In this document: in pieces, positions 36,524-46,724 of the stretch | Layout of the letters: the number at the start of each line of letters is the position of its first letter | Position numbering within the stretch: position 1 is the stretch's first letter | Made by a program: the position numbers and the translations under genes | The notes under the pieces: model-generated | The model's database searches: none | Seen by the model: the letters and a program-made list of their open reading frames with translations, nothing else | Told to the model about the DNA's origin: nothing | Source: an uncultured bacterium | Lineage (GTDB): Bacteria; Desulfobacterota; Binatia; HRBIN30; CADEER01 | NCBI GenBank assembly: GCA_963757755.1 | Contig: CAVWTK010000007.1 | Location: 132,629-196,628 of the forward strand | DNA length: 64,000 nucleotides | Direction of reading: 5' to 3'

Positions 36524-37537
36524 CTACTTCTTCTCCAGGTGGCCGCCGAAGCCGAAGCGCATCGCCGAGAGCACCTTGTTGGCGAAGTCCGCCTCGCCGC
36601 GCGACTCGAAGCGGTCGAACAATGCAGCGCTGAGGACGTGCGCCGGGACGCCTTCGTCGATCGACGCCTGCAGCGTCCAGCGCCCCTCGCCGGAGTCGGA
36701 GACGTGACCGGCGAACTGCGCGAGCTGCGCGTCGCCGGCGAAGGCCTGCGCGGTGAGGTCGAGCAGCCACGACGCGACGACGCTGCCGCGGCGCCACACC
36801 TCGGCGACGTCGGCGAGGTTGAAGTCGTACTGGTAGTGCTCGGGATTGCGCAACGGCGTGGTCTCGGCGTCGACCGTCTGCGTGGCTTTGCCGACGTTGG
36901 CCTTGTGCAGGATGTTGAGGCCCTCGGCGTAGGCCGCCATGAGGCCGTACTCGATGCCATTGTGCACCATCTTCACGAAGTGCCCGGCGCCGTTGGGGCC
37001 GCAGTGCAGATAGCCGTTCTCGGCGGTGCTGCCGGTGATCTTCTCGCGCCCCGGCGTGCGCGGGGCGGAATCCATCGACGGGGCCAGCGCGGCGAAGATC
37101 GGATCGAGGTGCTGCACGATGTCGTTCTCGCCGCCGATCATCTGACAGTAGCCCCGCTCGAGCCCCCAGACGCCGCCGCTGGTGCCGCAGTCGACGTAGT
37201 GGATGCCCTTCGCCTTCAGCTCGCCGGCGCGGCGGATGTCGTCGATGTAGTAGGAGTTGCCGCCGTCGATGATGATGTCGCCGCGCTGCAGGCGGCTGCT
37301 CACGTCGGCCAACGTCTTGTCGACCACCGCCGCCGGCACCATGATCCAGGCGGCGCGCGGCGCCGTCAGCTTGGCCGCGAAGTCGTCGAGCGAGGTCGCG
37401 CCGACCGCGCCCTGTTTGACCAATCCCTGCACCGCCTCCGGCGACACATCGTACACCACGCACTGATGGCCCGCCTTCATGAGGCGCAACACCATGTTGG
37501 CGCCCATGCGCCCGAGACCGATCATGCCGAGTTGCAT
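36524..37537 (-). CDS. gnd: 6-phosphogluconate dehydrogenase (decarboxylating), short ~335-aa type
   Basis: [15 protein letters not shown] Rossmann motif, [17 protein letters not shown]-terminal ...[11 protein letters not shown]. Confidence 0.88.
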   Translation of the reverse strand: MQLGMIGLGRMGANMVLRLMKAGHQCVVYDVSPEAVQGLVKQGAVGATSLDDFAAKLTAPRAAWIMVPAAVVDKTLADVSSRLQRGDIIIDGGNSYYIDDIRRAGELKAKGIHYVDCGTSGGVWGLERGYCQMIGGENDIVQHLDPIFAALAPSMDSAPRTPGREKITGSTAENGYLHCGPNGAGHFVKMVHNGIEYGLMAAYAEGLNILHKANVGKATQTVDAETTPLRNPEHYQYDFNLADVAEVWRRGSVVASWLLDLTAQAFAGDAQLAQFAGHVSDSGEGRWTLQASIDEGVPAHVLSAALFDRFESRGEADFANKVLSAMRFGFGGHLEKK

Positions 37538-37603
37538 GTGAATCCTCCTTCGCAGACGGGAGCCTGCTAACTACCGCGCCGTCGGGGCGTGTCAAACGGA
37601 AAA

Positions 37604-37687
37604 GCGTGAGCCGGTGAGCCGGTATGCCGGTATGCCGGTGACGGGCTCCCGACTGGCGTACTGGCGCACCGGCTCACTGGCGCACGC
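37604..37687. repeat. octamer-armed hairpin, GTGAGCCG/GTATGCCG units
   Basis: gcgtgagccggtgagccggtatgccggtatgccggtgac ... tggcgtactggcgcaccggctcactggcgcacgc. Pairing is imperfect. It lies between fdhD and gnd, and the right arm overlaps the last fdhD codons. Confidence 0.65.
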
Positions 37688-38498
37688 GGTTCCTCTGCCC
37701 GTAGACGTTGAACCGCTCTCCCCTCGCGAAGCCGATCAGCGCGATGCCGGCGCGCTCGGCGAGGTCGACGGCGAGAGACGTCGGTGCGGAGACGGCGGCG
37801 ACGATGGGGATGCGCGCGGCGAGCGCCTTCTGCGCGATCTCGAAGGAGATGCGGCCGGAGACGGCGAGGACGTGACCGGTGAGCGGCAGCGCGCCGCGGG
37901 CCATCGCCCAGCCGATGACCTTGTCGACGGCGTTGTGGCGGCCGACGTCCTCGCGCACGGCACGGACCGCGCCGGCCACGGTGAAGAGTCCGGCCGCATG
38001 CAGGCCGCCGGTCGCGGCGAACGCCGGCTGCGCGGCGGCGAGTTGCGCCATCACGGCGCGCACGACGTCGGGCGCGACGGTGGTCGGGTCGTCGAGCGGC
38101 GGCGCCACCGCCAACGCCTGCTCGATGCTGGCCTTGCCGCAGATCCCGCAGCTGGCGCTGGTGAACAGGTGGCGGCGCAGCGACTCGAGGTCGAGCGCGA
38201 CGTCGTCGCGCAGACTGACGGCGATGACATTGTCCTCGGCGTCCGGATGCTCGACGATGCGGCAGTGCCGCACGGCCGTGATCTCGTCCGCACCGCGCAC
38301 GATCCGCTCGGTGACGAGGAAGCCGCGCGCCAGCTCCTCGTCGTGGCCGGGCGTACGCATGAGCACGGCCATCGGCACGCCCCGCACCTGGATCTCGAGC
38401 GGCTCCTCGCACGCGACCGCATCGCGATCCGCCGACGCGCCCGCCGCCGCGACGCGGGTCAGCGCGACGGTGCGGATGGCATCGCCCTCGTCCTCCAT
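37674..38498 (-). CDS. fdhD: formate dehydrogenase accessory sulfurtransferase FdhD
   Basis: The lower part of ORF 37674..39875. SASCGICGKASIE and DVGRHNAVDKVIG. ATG at 38498. Confidence 0.85.
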   Translation of the reverse strand: MEDEGDAIRTVALTRVAAAGASADRDAVACEEPLEIQVRGVPMAVLMRTPGHDEELARGFLVTERIVRGADEITAVRHCRIVEHPDAEDNVIAVSLRDDVALDLESLRRHLFTSASCGICGKASIEQALAVAPPLDDPTTVAPDVVRAVMAQLAAAQPAFAATGGLHAAGLFTVAGAVRAVREDVGRHNAVDKVIGWAMARGALPLTGHVLAVSGRISFEIAQKALAARIPIVAAVSAPTSLAVDLAERAGIALIGFARGERFNVYGQRNRVRQ

Positions 38499-38530
38499 AT
38501 CCGGTCCTATGCCACGCGATCCGCGGCGCG

Positions 38531-39709
38531 TCAGCTCGGCGCGGGCAGCCCGCGCTGGTCGGCGGCGCGCACCACGGCGTCGAGATAGGCGAGCGTGGCG
38601 TCGAGCGCTTCGCGGTCGACGCGGTCGGGCGAGTCGGTGGCGGCGTGCATGCCGCGCGGCAGCGCGTGGCCGGGGAGATCGCTGACCAGCGTCAGGGCCG
38701 GGATGCCGTACGCGAGGAAGGATCGCGCATCGGTCGCGGCGCCGTACCACGTCACGTACAGCGGCTTCTGGCGCTGCTGGTGGTGGACGGCATCGAGCAG
38801 CCCGAGCAGCCGCGGATCGGGTGGGAACGACCGCAGCGAGAACTTCTCGCTGCCGAACGTCGCGAGGTCGGGCGACGCGCCGATGAACTCGAGATTCACC
38901 ACGGCCGTCGGGAGGTCGGGCGGAGCGCTGAAGCGCTGCCGCGCGTACTCCCACGACCCGTGGACCCCGATCTCCTCGCCGGAGAGCAGCGCGATCTCCA
39001 CCTCGGTACGCGGCAGCGGTCCGGCCGCGTGCAGGCGTTCGGCGAGGCGGAGCAGCACCGCGACGGCGGCGCCGTCGTCGAGCGCGCCCGGGCTGCGCGC
39101 CGGTACGAGGGCACCGGCGCTGAGCGAGGCGAAGAGGCCGAGGCCGTAGAGGGGCGCCGTCCAGACGGCGATGCGGGCGACCCGCGGCAGCGGTCCGGTC
39201 CGGTGGCGGCGGCGCGCCGCCCAGGCCGCGGCGACGATCATGAGCGCCGTCACCGGCAGGCCGAGCAGCTCGATCGGCGCGCGCTGCACGTGGTCGAGGA
39301 GGTCGGTCTTGGTGTCGTAGTGCGCCGACAGGATCAGCCGCTGCGTCGCCTGCTGGGCCGGCAGGCGGGCGACGACGTGATGCTGCGGCGTCGCGCCGAT
39401 CCAGGAGACGATCGGCACGTAGCGGTCGAGCTCGAGCAGGAGCAGCGCCGGCATGCCGACGGCGATGAACAGCGCGCCCAGCGGACGGCGCCGCCGCAGG
39501 CACCACGCATAGAGCAGGCCGCCGAGCAGCGCGAGCGCGCCGGCGAGGCGCAGCCGGTAGGGATGCGCGGTGTAGGCGACCGTGGTGACGTCGAGTCCGA
39601 GGTGCTGCAGGGTCTCGACCAACCACGCCGCCGTGTCGTGGATCGCCGCCGTGCCATTCTCGCGCGGCTGTTCGGTCAGCCGCGGCAGCAGGTCGGACCA
39701 GGCGAGCAT
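38531..39709 (-). CDS. membrane-anchored M28-family peptidase
   Basis: ORF 38531..39826 trimmed to ATG 39709. AHYDTKTD, LLSGEEIGVHGSW, several TM helices in the middle. Confidence 0.65.
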   Translation of the reverse strand: MLAWSDLLPRLTEQPRENGTAAIHDTAAWLVETLQHLGLDVTTVAYTAHPYRLRLAGALALLGGLLYAWCLRRRRPLGALFIAVGMPALLLLELDRYVPIVSWIGATPQHHVVARLPAQQATQRLILSAHYDTKTDLLDHVQRAPIELLGLPVTALMIVAAAWAARRRHRTGPLPRVARIAVWTAPLYGLGLFASLSAGALVPARSPGALDDGAAVAVLLRLAERLHAAGPLPRTEVEIALLSGEEIGVHGSWEYARQRFSAPPDLPTAVVNLEFIGASPDLATFGSEKFSLRSFPPDPRLLGLLDAVHHQQRQKPLYVTWYGAATDARSFLAYGIPALTLVSDLPGHALPRGMHAATDSPDRVDREALDATLAYLDAVVRAADQRGLPAPS

Positions 39710-39893
39710 GTCGGTCACACCGCCCCGTCGACGACCGGCTCGCGCCCGCTGATGGAGCTGAAGTAGAACTCGACGCGCCGCGAGTCGTCCGCCATGGCCC
39801 GCTGTATGCCGGGCGCAGCGCGGCATTCAAGCGCGGCGGCAGAAGCGAACGCGCTCCGCGGCGCGCGCCAGACATTCACCGGAGGAGTCATCG

Positions 39894-40655
39894 ATGGACG
39901 CCATTCACTACGAGATCGAAGGGCCGGTCGCGATCGTCACCATCAACCGGCCGCAGGCGCGCAACGCGGTGGACGGGCCGACGGCGGCGGCGCTGGCGGC
40001 GGCGTTCCGGCGTTTCGCGGACGACGACGCGCTGGCGGCGGCGGTGCTGACCGGGGCCGATGGCACGTTCTGCGCCGGCGCGGACCTCAAGGCCGTCGCC
40101 CAGGGACGCGGCAATACGGTCCGCCTCGACGGCGACGGGCCGATGGGGCCGACGCGCATGCTGCTCGACAAGCCGGTGATCGCCGCCGTCGAGGGCTACG
40201 CGGTGGCGGGCGGCCTCGAGCTGGCGGTGTGGTGCGACCTGCGGGTCGCGGCGCGCGACGCGGTCTTCGGGGTCTATTGCCGACGCTGGGGCGTGCCGCT
40301 GATCGACGGCGGCACGATCCGCCTGTCGCGCCTGCTCGGCCACAGCCACGCCCTCGACCTCATCCTCACCGGCCGCGGCGTCTGCGGCGACGAGGCGCTG
40401 CGCATGGGCCTCGCCAACCGCCTCGTCGAGCCCGGGACGGCGCGCCGCGAAGCGGTGCAGCTCGCCACCCAGCTCGCCGCTTTCCCGCAGCGCTGCCTGC
40501 GCGCCGACCGTCTCTCCTCGTACCACCAATGGGATCTCTCGCTCACCGATGCGCTACGCGCCGAGACCGAAGGCGGCCGCGCGGTGCTCGACGAAGCGCG
40601 CGACGGCGCCGCGCGATTCGCGGCCGGCAAGGGGCGGCACGGCAAGGTGGAGTAA
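39894..40655 (+). CDS. enoyl-CoA hydratase/isomerase family protein
   Basis: TINRPQARNA, GTFCAGADLKA, GYAVAGGLELAVWCD. Confidence 0.85.
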   Translation: MDAIHYEIEGPVAIVTINRPQARNAVDGPTAAALAAAFRRFADDDALAAAVLTGADGTFCAGADLKAVAQGRGNTVRLDGDGPMGPTRMLLDKPVIAAVEGYAVAGGLELAVWCDLRVAARDAVFGVYCRRWGVPLIDGGTIRLSRLLGHSHALDLILTGRGVCGDEALRMGLANRLVEPGTARREAVQLATQLAAFPQRCLRADRLSSYHQWDLSLTDALRAETEGGRAVLDEARDGAARFAAGKGRHGKVE

Positions 40656-41006
40656 TTCACCACAGCGGTCGCCCTGGCCGCGAAGAACGCGATCCTCATC
40701 GTCGAGTTCACGCGCCAGCTGCGCGGCGAGGGGATGGGCATCGCCGAGGCCGCCGTCGCAGCGACGCGGCGGCGCTTCCGCCCCATCCTGATGACCTCGC
40801 TGGCGTTCATTCTCGGCGTCGTGCCGCCGCTCACCGCCAGCGGCGCCGGCGCCGCCAGCCAGCAGTCGATCGGCACCGTCGTCTTCGGCGGCATGCTCGC
40901 CTCGACCCTGCTGGCGATCCCGTTCGTATCGGTGTTCGACGTCGCGCTGCGCGGGGTGGTGGAAAGACCGGAAACGGAACCGGCGTCGGCGCGCCAGTGG
41001 AATTGA
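40656..41006 (+). pseudogene. 3'-terminal fragment (~116 codons) of an RND (AcrB-type) efflux transporter
   Basis: The frame reads [10 protein letters not shown]...[20 protein letters not shown]...[14 protein letters not shown] from the first base after the preceding stop codon. There is no start, and about 900 N-terminal codons are missing. Confidence 0.7.
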
Positions 41007-41039
41007 CAGCGCCGCGCCCGCGCGACACACAACGGCGTC

Positions 41040-42080
41040 ATGATCTTCGAAGAGGTCCGCAGTGGCGGCTGCTGTTCCTACCTGGTCGCGTGCGGGGACA
41101 CCTGCAGCGGGCTTCTCGTCGATCCCGAGCTGTCGCAGACCGATCGGCTGCTCGCGCTGATCGCCAAGTCCGGCGTGCGCATTCACTACGTGATCGACAC
41201 GCACACGCACGCGGACCACTTTTCCGGCGCGCGCGAGTTGGCGCGGCGCTTCGGTGTTCCGGTGGTCATGCACAGCGCCAGCGCCGCGCCGTACGTGGAC
41301 CTGCGGGTCGATGACGGCGAGACGCTCATCGCCGGCAACCTGCGGGTGCGCGTCCTGCACACGCCGGGGCACACCGAGGACTCGATCTCACTGGTCCTCC
41401 CCGACCGTGTGCTGACCGGCGACGCGCTCCTGCGGCTCGCCACCGGGCGCACCGATCTCCCGACGGGCAACGCCGAGGCACTCTACGACAGTCTCTTCGG
41501 CAAGCTGCTGAAGCTCGACGACGCCATGGGCGTGTACCCCGGCCACAACTACAAGGGGACGCCGGTGACGACGATCGCGCAGGAGCGCGCCGAGAACCCG
41601 CGCCTGCAGAAGCGCGACCGGGCGGCCTTCGTCGAACAGATGCACGCGCTCAGCCTCGGCATGCCCGACCATCTGACCGAGGCGCTGCGGACGAACCGCA
41701 CCGGCGGGAAGACGGTGGCGCAACTGCTCGACGAGGCGGCGCGCCAGATCGCCTTCATGTCGATGGAGGACGTCCGCGCGGCGGCCCTCGCGGGCACCGC
41801 CGATCTGATCATTCTCGACGTCCGCGAGCGCGACGCCTACGAGGCGGGTCACATCCCCGGCGCGCGCTGCGCGCCGCGCGGCCAGCTCGAGCTGCGGGTG
41901 GATCAGGTGCTTCCCGACCCGACCGCGCGCGTCGTCACGTGCTGCGAGCTCGGGAAGATCTCGACACTTGCCGCCGCGACGTTGCGCACGCTCGGCTTCA
42001 CGCGGTCCGTGGCCCTCGACGGCGGGATGAAGGCCTGGCGCGACGCCGGCTATCCGACGACGGCAGGCAAGGAACCGTAA
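41040..42080 (+). CDS. MBL-fold persulfide dioxygenase-like domain fused to rhodanese domain
   Basis: IDTHTHADH, TPGHTEDS. The C-terminal rhodanese has a CCELGKIS active-site loop. Confidence 0.8.
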   Translation: MIFEEVRSGGCCSYLVACGDTCSGLLVDPELSQTDRLLALIAKSGVRIHYVIDTHTHADHFSGARELARRFGVPVVMHSASAAPYVDLRVDDGETLIAGNLRVRVLHTPGHTEDSISLVLPDRVLTGDALLRLATGRTDLPTGNAEALYDSLFGKLLKLDDAMGVYPGHNYKGTPVTTIAQERAENPRLQKRDRAAFVEQMHALSLGMPDHLTEALRTNRTGGKTVAQLLDEAARQIAFMSMEDVRAAALAGTADLIILDVRERDAYEAGHIPGARCAPRGQLELRVDQVLPDPTARVVTCCELGKISTLAAATLRTLGFTRSVALDGGMKAWRDAGYPTTAGKEP

Positions 42081-42108
42081 CCGCGGCCGCGCGGCCGTCC
42101 GGGCGACC

Positions 42109-42249
42109 GTAGCCGCAGCCCTTGCGGCCGCACGGCGACGCGAAGCGTCGCCCCGGAGGTCGGGGGCGCGGCATCACAGTCGCGCGCCCGGCCCCATCCC
42201 ATCCGGGCGGTGCTCCGCACCGCGGTGCGGCCACGAGGGCCGCGGCTAC
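42109..42249. repeat. GC-rich nested palindromic element with GGCGACGCGAAGCGTCGCC mini-hairpin
   Basis: gtagccgcagcccttgcggccgcac... / ...gtgcggccacgagggccgcggctac. It lies between convergent gene ends. Confidence 0.7.
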
Positions 42250-44453
42250 TTGCACTTCACCCGGTCGTTGTTCGCCAGGAAGCGGCAGGTCGGAGGCGAA
42301 CCGCCGTCGGGATTGAACACGCGCTCGGCGCATTGGCCGGCGGCGGCGGTGGACGAATCGCCGGGAATGACCAGCACCGTCACGCTCGGGCTCGACGGCG
42401 GCACCTGGAACGCCCCACCGCGGCCGAGCACCTTGAACTTCAGCTGACCGAGACCGCGCTGCTTGATGATCACCTTGTTGATGCCGCCGGCGGCGGTGCC
42501 CGACGTATCCTTGTACTTCCAACCCGAGCCACCGATCCGCCAGCCGGGAGCCCCGCCGGAGCTGAGGCCCCCCGGCACGTAACGGGAGACGAGAACGGTG
42601 CCGGTCGGGTCGAGCACGCTGAACGTGAAGCCGTGCAGCGCCGGATCGATCACCGGCGAGAGCTGGGTGAGGGCCATCTCGCCCCGTACCTTGATCAACT
42701 CGTCGCCGCTGGGGTCGAGGTCGTGCGCGATGTCGAGGCGCGCGTTGGTGATCAGCACGGCCGATCCGCAGAGCGGCGTCGGCGTCAGGGTCTGCGTCGC
42801 GGGCGCCGTGTCGGTGATGGTCGGCGTCGCCGTGCGGGTCTCGGTGCGGGTCGGCGTGTTGGTCCGCGTCGCGGTCGACACCGGCGTGTGGGTGCCGGTT
42901 GGCGTGCCGGTCCGGGTGTTGGTCGCCGTGCCCGTCGGCGTGTTGACCGGCGTGCTGGTCACCGTCGGCGTCGCGGTGATCGTCGCCGTCGGCGTCTGGG
43001 TGTGAGTAGGGGTGGAGGTTGCGGTATCGACCGGCGTACCGGTGAACGTCGCGGTCGCGGTCGCGGTGCGGGTCACGGTGAACGTCGCGCTCGCCGTCGG
43101 CGTCGCCGTCGCCGTCTGCGTGGCGGTCGGCGGCAGCGGGGTCGCGGTCGGCGACGGCGTGAACGTGACGCCGCCCTTGGTGATCGAATAGGTGTCGAAC
43201 ACCGCGCCGGTGGTGTCGATGGCCTGGAGGGTCATCGTGTTCCCGGAGATGGTGACCGACGTGTACTGATAGCGGTCGTAGCTGCAGTAGCCGCCCGGTC
43301 CGGACGGACAGGTCTGCGACAGCCAGTAGCAGTTCTCCTTCGGCGAGAAGAAGAACGGCTGCCGGTAGGGCAGGCCGCTGCCGTCGATCTTGGCGTCCTG
43401 ATCGAGCGTCGCGCCGCCGCCGCCCGTCATGACGTAGACGGTGCCGAGGCCATCGCTGCCGGCGCTGCCGTTGGCCAGGTAGTCGTCCATGAAGCGGGTG
43501 CGCTCATAGATGTGATCGTGGCCGTGGAAGACCACGTCGACCTGATTGCGCTCGAAGATGGGCCCCCACGTGTTGCGGATGTTCGTGTCGCTGCCGAGCG
43601 ACGCGATGCCGTTCGCGCAGGAGTAGGTGGTGTGGTGGTAGAAGACGAACTTCCACTTGCGCGCCGTCGTGGAGAGCAGGTTGTTGAGCCAGTTGGTCTG
43701 GCTGGCGCCGCAGCAGCTGTCGCTGTCGAGGATGACGAACAGCGCGTCGCCGTCCTCGAACCAGTAGTAGCGCTCCGGCTCCGGCGAGTTGGTCGGCAGG
43801 ACGAACGTCTTGACGTGCGCCGAATTCGCCCAGTTGGCGTTGCCCACGTCGTTCAGGTCGTGGTTCCCGATTGTCGGGAAGTAGAAGGCGCGCTGCAGCG
43901 GCACCTGGTAGTAGGCCATCGCGTTGTTGTCGAGCTCGGACTGGGTGCCGTTCGGGTAGGTGTTGTCGCCGACGGTGGCGATCATCGGCGGGTTGGCGGC
44001 GTTCACCAGGGCGGCGACCTGAGACTCGCCGGTGGTGCCCTGCCCCCAGTCGCCGATGACCGTGAAGAACAGGTCGGAGGGGTCGCTCGGCGCGTGCAGC
44101 GTGTTGAAGTAGGTGGTGTTCTGCACGACGACGCCGTTGGTCTTGAGGCGGTAGTAGTAGAGCGTCCCCGGCGTCAGGCCGGTCACCGTGACCAGGTGGC
44201 AGGTGCCGGCGGAGCCAACGTCGCAGCTGCCCGCCTGCGGGGCGGTCAACGTGGACCCCAGCGACGGGGTGAGGCCGTACTCGACGGTGCTGTCGCCGGT
44301 GACGTCAGTCCACCACGCGAAGCTCGCCGACGTCGGCAGCGCCTGCGGATTCTGGATGTACGGTCCGCGCGTCAACGTCTGCGCCGCAGCCCCGCCCGCC
44401 GCGAGCAAACCCGTGACTACGATGGCCAGTCGGCCAACTCCCCCAAAGCGCAT
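42246..44453 (-). CDS. secreted purple-acid-phosphatase-like metallophosphoesterase with Thr/Pro linker and ~175-aa C-terminal domain
   Basis: Signal peptide. LTRGPYIQ...YYYRL FN3-like N-domain. GDWG, GDNTY, GNHD, HGHDH metallophos motifs. A linker of about 130 aa that is T/P/A-rich. Confidence 0.75.
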   Translation of the reverse strand: MRFGGVGRLAIVVTGLLAAGGAAAQTLTRGPYIQNPQALPTSASFAWWTDVTGDSTVEYGLTPSLGSTLTAPQAGSCDVGSAGTCHLVTVTGLTPGTLYYYRLKTNGVVVQNTTYFNTLHAPSDPSDLFFTVIGDWGQGTTGESQVAALVNAANPPMIATVGDNTYPNGTQSELDNNAMAYYQVPLQRAFYFPTIGNHDLNDVGNANWANSAHVKTFVLPTNSPEPERYYWFEDGDALFVILDSDSCCGASQTNWLNNLLSTTARKWKFVFYHHTTYSCANGIASLGSDTNIRNTWGPIFERNQVDVVFHGHDHIYERTRFMDDYLANGSAGSDGLGTVYVMTGGGGATLDQDAKIDGSGLPYRQPFFFSPKENCYWLSQTCPSGPGGYCSYDRYQYTSVTISGNTMTLQAIDTTGAVFDTYSITKGGVTFTPSPTATPLPPTATQTATATPTASATFTVTRTATATATFTGTPVDTATSTPTHTQTPTATITATPTVTSTPVNTPTGTATNTRTGTPTGTHTPVSTATRTNTPTRTETRTATPTITDTAPATQTLTPTPLCGSAVLITNARLDIAHDLDPSGDELIKVRGEMALTQLSPVIDPALHGFTFSVLDPTGTVLVSRYVPGGLSSGGAPGWRIGGSGWKYKDTSGTAAGGINKVIIKQRGLGQLKFKVLGRGGAFQVPPSSPSVTVLVIPGDSSTAAAGQCAERVFNPDGGSPPTCRFLANNDRVKCK

Positions 44454-44590
44454 GCCGTTGCCCCCCTCGGATCGGTTACCACGACACGCCGCCCAATCGA
44501 AGCCACTGATTCGTCACCGGCGGCGACCCCCGCGTCCGTGTCCATCCGTGGCTCCGCCTTCCTTGCAAGCAACGCATACCCTCTGGTAAC

Positions 44591-44604
44591 CAAACGATCG
44601 TTTG
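44591..44604. promoter_or_regulatory. perfect 14-nt palindrome CAAACGATCGTTTG overlapping the RBS region of the MerB-like gene
   Basis: A self-complementary 14-mer ending 11 nt before ATG 44616. Candidate operator or translational hairpin. Confidence 0.3.
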
Positions 44605-44615
44605 AGGATCCCACG

Positions 44616-45341
44616 ATGACCCAGGACGTTCCCGAGTTTCAGTTCAGCGACGACTCCCTGAAGCTGCGCCAGTTCATCTACGAGTACTGGTGCGCCAACG
44701 GGCACGGGCCCAATCTGCGCGCCGCGCATGAGGGCACCGGGCTCAGTCGCGACCAGATCATCAGCGCGTACAAGCAGCTCGACCTCGGCGTGATCTGCGT
44801 CGTCGATCACGACACGCAGAACTTCAACCTGCTCAAAGTCCAGCCGTTCTCGAGCTTTCCGAGCCAGGTCGAGGTGTACCTGGACGGCACGTTCCACTGC
44901 TACGCCGGCTGCGCGCTCGAATCGATCGCGCTGTCGCGCATGCCGCCGTTCCACGGCAAGCAGATCCGGCTCGAGTCGTACTGCGCCTGCTGCCTCGCGC
45001 CGGTCAGCATCACCGTCAAGGACGGCGAGGTGCTCAGCGCATCGCCGGAGTCGGTCTGCATCCACATCAGCGCGAGCCCGCGCGACTGGAACAAGACCAA
45101 TATCGTGTCGATGTGCGACAGCATGAACTACGTCCACGACGCCGCGCACGCCGACCGCTACGAGCGCCAGATCTCCCGCCGCGGCGTGCTCGTCACGCTC
45201 GAGCAGGCGCGGCGCTTCGTCGCCGACACCGGTAACAACCGCATGCACCGCTACGACTGGCCGCCCGTCGCCGTGAAGCCCGCCCGCATCATCGCCGGCC
45301 TGAAGGCGCTGGGCGTGGACCTGAGCAACTGGGGCGAGTAG
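44616..45341 (+). CDS. alkylmercury lyase (MerB)-like family protein
   Basis: The last 241 codons of ORF 42210..45341. YAGCALESIAL, SYCACCLAPVSITV and MCDSMNYVHD line up by eye with the MerB blocks YAWCALDTLIF, SHCAATGAPVSLTV and FCCHVHFFAS. Confidence 0.55.
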   Translation: MTQDVPEFQFSDDSLKLRQFIYEYWCANGHGPNLRAAHEGTGLSRDQIISAYKQLDLGVICVVDHDTQNFNLLKVQPFSSFPSQVEVYLDGTFHCYAGCALESIALSRMPPFHGKQIRLESYCACCLAPVSITVKDGEVLSASPESVCIHISASPRDWNKTNIVSMCDSMNYVHDAAHADRYERQISRRGVLVTLEQARRFVADTGNNRMHRYDWPPVAVKPARIIAGLKALGVDLSNWGE

Positions 45342-45347
45342 CCGCGG

Positions 45348-45422
45348 GATGGCGATGGCTTGTGGCGCGTGGCCAGAAGTCAGACTGCCCTTCAGGCCAC
45401 CCACCACCCGCCACGAGCCATC
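45348..45422. repeat. repeat-armed hairpin, GATGGC/GTGGCG units
   Basis: gatggcgatggcttgtggcgcgtggcc - 20 nt - ggccacccaccacccgccacgagccatc. It lies between the MerB-like gene and ACAD. Confidence 0.6.
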
Positions 45423-45436
45423 AGCAAGAGGAGCGC

Positions 45437-46618
45437 ATGTACCTCGACTTCACCCCCGAACAGAAAGAGCTCCGCGATCATCTGCGCGCCTACTTCGCGG
45501 CGATGATGACCGACGAGCTCAAGCAGGAGATCCAGGGCAGCGGCGAGGGCGGCGGTGGGCCGCTGTACCATCAGGCGCTGCAGAAGATGGGCGCCGACGG
45601 GTGGATCGGGGTCGGCTGGCCGACGGAGTACGGCGGCCAGGGCCGGACGCCGATCGAGCAGTTCATCTTCAGCGACGAAGTGCAGCGCGCCGGCTTCCCG
45701 CTGCCGTTCCTGACCATCAACTCGGTCGGCAACACGATCATGCAGTTCGGCACCGAGGAGCAGAAAAAGGAGTTCCTGCCGCGCATCCTGCAGGGCAAGC
45801 TGCACGCCTCCATCGGCTACACCGAGTCCGAGGCCGGCACCGACCTGGCGTCGCTGCGCACCCGCGCCGTGAAGGACGGCGACGACTACGTCATCAACGG
45901 CAGCAAGGTGTTCACCTAGCTTGCCAACTACGCCGACTACATCTGGCTGGCGGCGCGCACCGATCCCGACGCGCCGAAGCACGCCGGCATCTCGATCTTC
46001 ATGGTCGACACCAAGCTGCCCGGCTTCAAGCTGACGCCGATCTGGACGATGGCCAACGTGCGCACCAACACGACCTACTTCGAGGACGTGCGGGTGCCGA
46101 AGTCGGCGCTGGTCGGCGGCGAGAACATGGGCTGGTCGCTGATCGTCAACCAGCTCAACCACGAGCGCATCGCCCTGATGTCGGTCGGCCCGCTCGGCCG
46201 CAACCTCGAAGAAGTTCGCCAGTGGGCGCGCCACACACGGCTCGCCGACGGCCGCCGCGTGATCGACCAGCAGTGGGTCCAGCTCAACCTCGCCCGCGTG
46301 CGCGCCGGCTGGGAGGCGCTGCGCCTGCTCGCCTGGCGGCAGGCGTGGTGCATGACGAACGGCGGCGTCAACTTCGCCGACGCCTCGACGGTGAAGGTCT
46401 ACGCCAGCGAGTACTACGTCGAGGGCTACCGCCTGCTGCTCGAGGTGCTCGGCCAGCGCGCGTCGCTCAAGCGCGAGTCGGCCGCCGCCCTGCTCGAGGG
46501 CCGCCTGGAGATGATCTACCGCGCCATGCTCATCCTCACCTTCGGCGGCGGCACCAACGAGGTGCAGCGCGACATCATCGCCATGGCGGGGCTGCAGATG
46601 CCGCGCTCGATTCGCTGA
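45437..46618 (+). pseudogene. acyl-CoA dehydrogenase with one in-frame TAG (45917-45919)
   Basis: ORFs 45362..45919 and 46001..46618 are in the same frame. The sequence reads straight through (GSKVFT*LANYADYIWLAARTDP). ATG 45437 follows aagaggag. Confidence 0.8.
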
Positions 46619-46621
46619 GAA

Positions 46622-46707
46622 ACGTGCTGATGTGCTGACGTGCGGACGTGCTGACGTGACCTAGAGCCAGCGAACCTCAGTACGTCAGTACGTCAGCACG
46701 TCAGCAC
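46622..46707. repeat. octamer-armed hairpin, ACGTGCTG units
   Basis: acgtgctgatgtgctgacgtgcggacgtgctgacgtgac - 16 nt - tcagtacgtcagtacgtcagcacgtcagcac. It lies between the two adjacent ACAD genes. Confidence 0.85.
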
Positions 46708-46724
46708 TCTTTGAGGGAGTACCC

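Noticed and set aside
37674-39875. 733-aa ORF on the - strand
   Set aside because: Only its C-terminal 274 codons (FdhD) are real. The upstream part is an alternative frame of the M28 peptidase gene.
42210-44615. Upstream 800 codons of the 1043-aa ORF 42210..45341
   Set aside because: This part is antisense to the metallophosphoesterase gene and is compositionally junk (poly-Arg/Gly). Only the last 241 codons, the MerB-like part, have a start with an RBS and family motifs.
44616-45341. A mercury-resistance (mer) operon
   Set aside because: Only a MerB-like gene is present. No merR, merT, merP or merA gene is present on either side.
45917-45919. Pyrrolysine or other sense reading of the in-frame TAG
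   Set aside because: No pyl genes or PYLIS-like context are visible, and the position normally holds an ordinary small residue. A point mutation or sequencing error is the simpler reading; it is kept as a low-interest finding.
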